From Scyliorhinus canicula (taxonomy: Eukaryota), in contig NC_052164.1 in assembly GCF_902713615.1 (NCBI RefSeq), positions 84,419,830-84,483,829 on the forward strand: DNA of 64,000 nucleotides, read 5' to 3'. The translations under genes and the position numbers were made by a program. Positions 62,731-64,000 of the stretch are shown in pieces; position 1 is the first letter of the stretch, and each line of letters starts with the position of its first letter. Below the pieces are notes generated by a model. The model saw only the letters and a list, made by a program, of their open reading frames with translations. It had not been told where the DNA came from and ran no database searches.

Positions 62731-63574
62731 TGAGTGGGCGCATGGATCAGGACATCATCCATGCGACATACAACTCCAGCCAGTCCCTCCAGATACTTGA
62801 CATTGTCCTCTGGAAGATTTCTGCTGCTGACATGATTCCAAAAGGTAATCTGTTGGTATAAAAACCTCCCAAATGGCATGATAAAGGTTATAAACTTAGT
62901 GGTTGTTGCCAAGACCACAATTTGCATCTTGCTTTGTAAAGATTGAACTCTTTCCCAATTTGGCTCTGTGCTCATCCACAGACAGTTTTGCTCACCTCTG
63001 TAAGATCTACTCAAATTCTGATCGATCCGTTGGGTTTAAGCACCGGGTCCATCCCCGAGCACCAGCTTGTTAGATTCTAACATAGGTGAAATAACCAATT
63101 ACTTCAACTTGGGGTCGATTTTCTTCTTTACCTTTGACAAGAGTGGGTGAGGAACTTTTCTGGGTGCAAACAGATATACTGGCCTTGTTTCTAGATATGG
63201 AGTGATGTGGAATGCTGTCTTCAGTTTTTCCAGTCCTGTGAAAAGCTGGGATTTCAGCCCTGAATTTTTATGACTGATCTCAGTTCTCCAGTTCCTCTAC
63301 TCTGCAAATCAGATGGAAGTGAATTCAGGCTTTCCTGCTTAAAAGTGAACAGTCCTTGTTCAGCTTCATGTATAAAGTTTCAGTGTGCTTTCTCTCTCTA
63401 TATTGCACATGAACATACAAATGTATGACTTTGGAGAAGTAGGCCACTCAGCCCCTCCATCCTACTCTGCCATTTAATAAGATCATGGATGATGTGATTG
63501 TAAACTGAACTCTACATTTGCGTTTATCTTTCACCTCATTGCTTATCTAGAATTCATCTACCTCTGGCTCAAAG

Positions 63575-63895
63575 GGGCAGCGTGGCGGCACAGTACTAAT
63601 CATTTCTACCTCACAGCGCCAGGAACCAGGGTTCGATTCCGAATGACTGTGTGGAGTTTGCACGTTCTCCCCGTGTCTATTTGGGTTTCCGCCAGGACCT
63701 CTGGATTCCTCCCACAGTCCAAAGATGTGCATTGCCCATGCTAAATGGTCCCTTAGTGTCCAAAGATTGGGTGGGGTTAAGGGGATAGGACAGAGGAGTG
63801 GGCCTAGGTCCGGTGCTCTTTCAGAGTGTCGTTGCAGACTCATGGGCCGAATGGCTTCCTTCTGCACTATAGGGATTCTATGATCTCTATGATCT
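63575..63895 (+). mobile_element. HE1-type SINE inserted in an old minus-strand CR1 3' fragment (63430-64000)
   Basis: SINE head, core and GATTCTATGAT tail; host has GTAGGCCACTCAGCCC and GAGTTCCAAAGACTCACCACCCTC. Confidence 0.85.
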
Positions 63896-64000
63896 GTTTC
63901 TTGAAGAAAAGAGTTCCAAAGACTCACCACCCTCTCAGAAAAAAATGCCTTCTTTTCTCTGTATTCAAAGGGCAATGCTGATTTTTAAACAGTGACTCAT

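Larger units (their letters stand above)
60444..63390 (-). mobile_element. old Gypsy element: 3' LTR plus INT and RT remnants
   Basis: LTR 60444-60634 (TGTT...AACA) with PPT GGGGAGA; IFATHEIPE..SDNEPQF, SPRYPQ; MPFG; CRMDDVLIH. Confidence 0.8.

Overview
Eukaryotic, repeat-dense vertebrate DNA. It is most likely from a shark or ray, inferred from abundant HE1/V-SINE-type SINEs, CR1 LINEs sharing their 3' tail, and Deu-domain SINEs. No intact host protein-coding gene could be recognised, so the window looks intronic or intergenic. Contents: many truncated CR1 LINEs; an RTE fragment; several SINE families with swapped heads and tails; about 18 GC-rich MITEs with GGGCGGGATTCTCC-type TIRs, many with 3-bp TSDs; and a decayed two-gene PIF/Harbinger transposon that is their probable master. 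LTR elements are a Gmr1-type Gypsy (integrase before RT, RT core deleted), two other decayed Gypsy elements, several solo LTRs, and a retroviral env-like/PPT/LTR fragment. The most notable observations are a U6 snRNA-SINE chimeric retrocopy inside one candidate TSD, a CR1 with a twin-priming-type 5' inversion inside one TSD, and a Penelope-type end carrying a minimal hammerhead ribozyme motif. Family names come from motif recall, not database searches. Coordinates of decayed elements are approximate.
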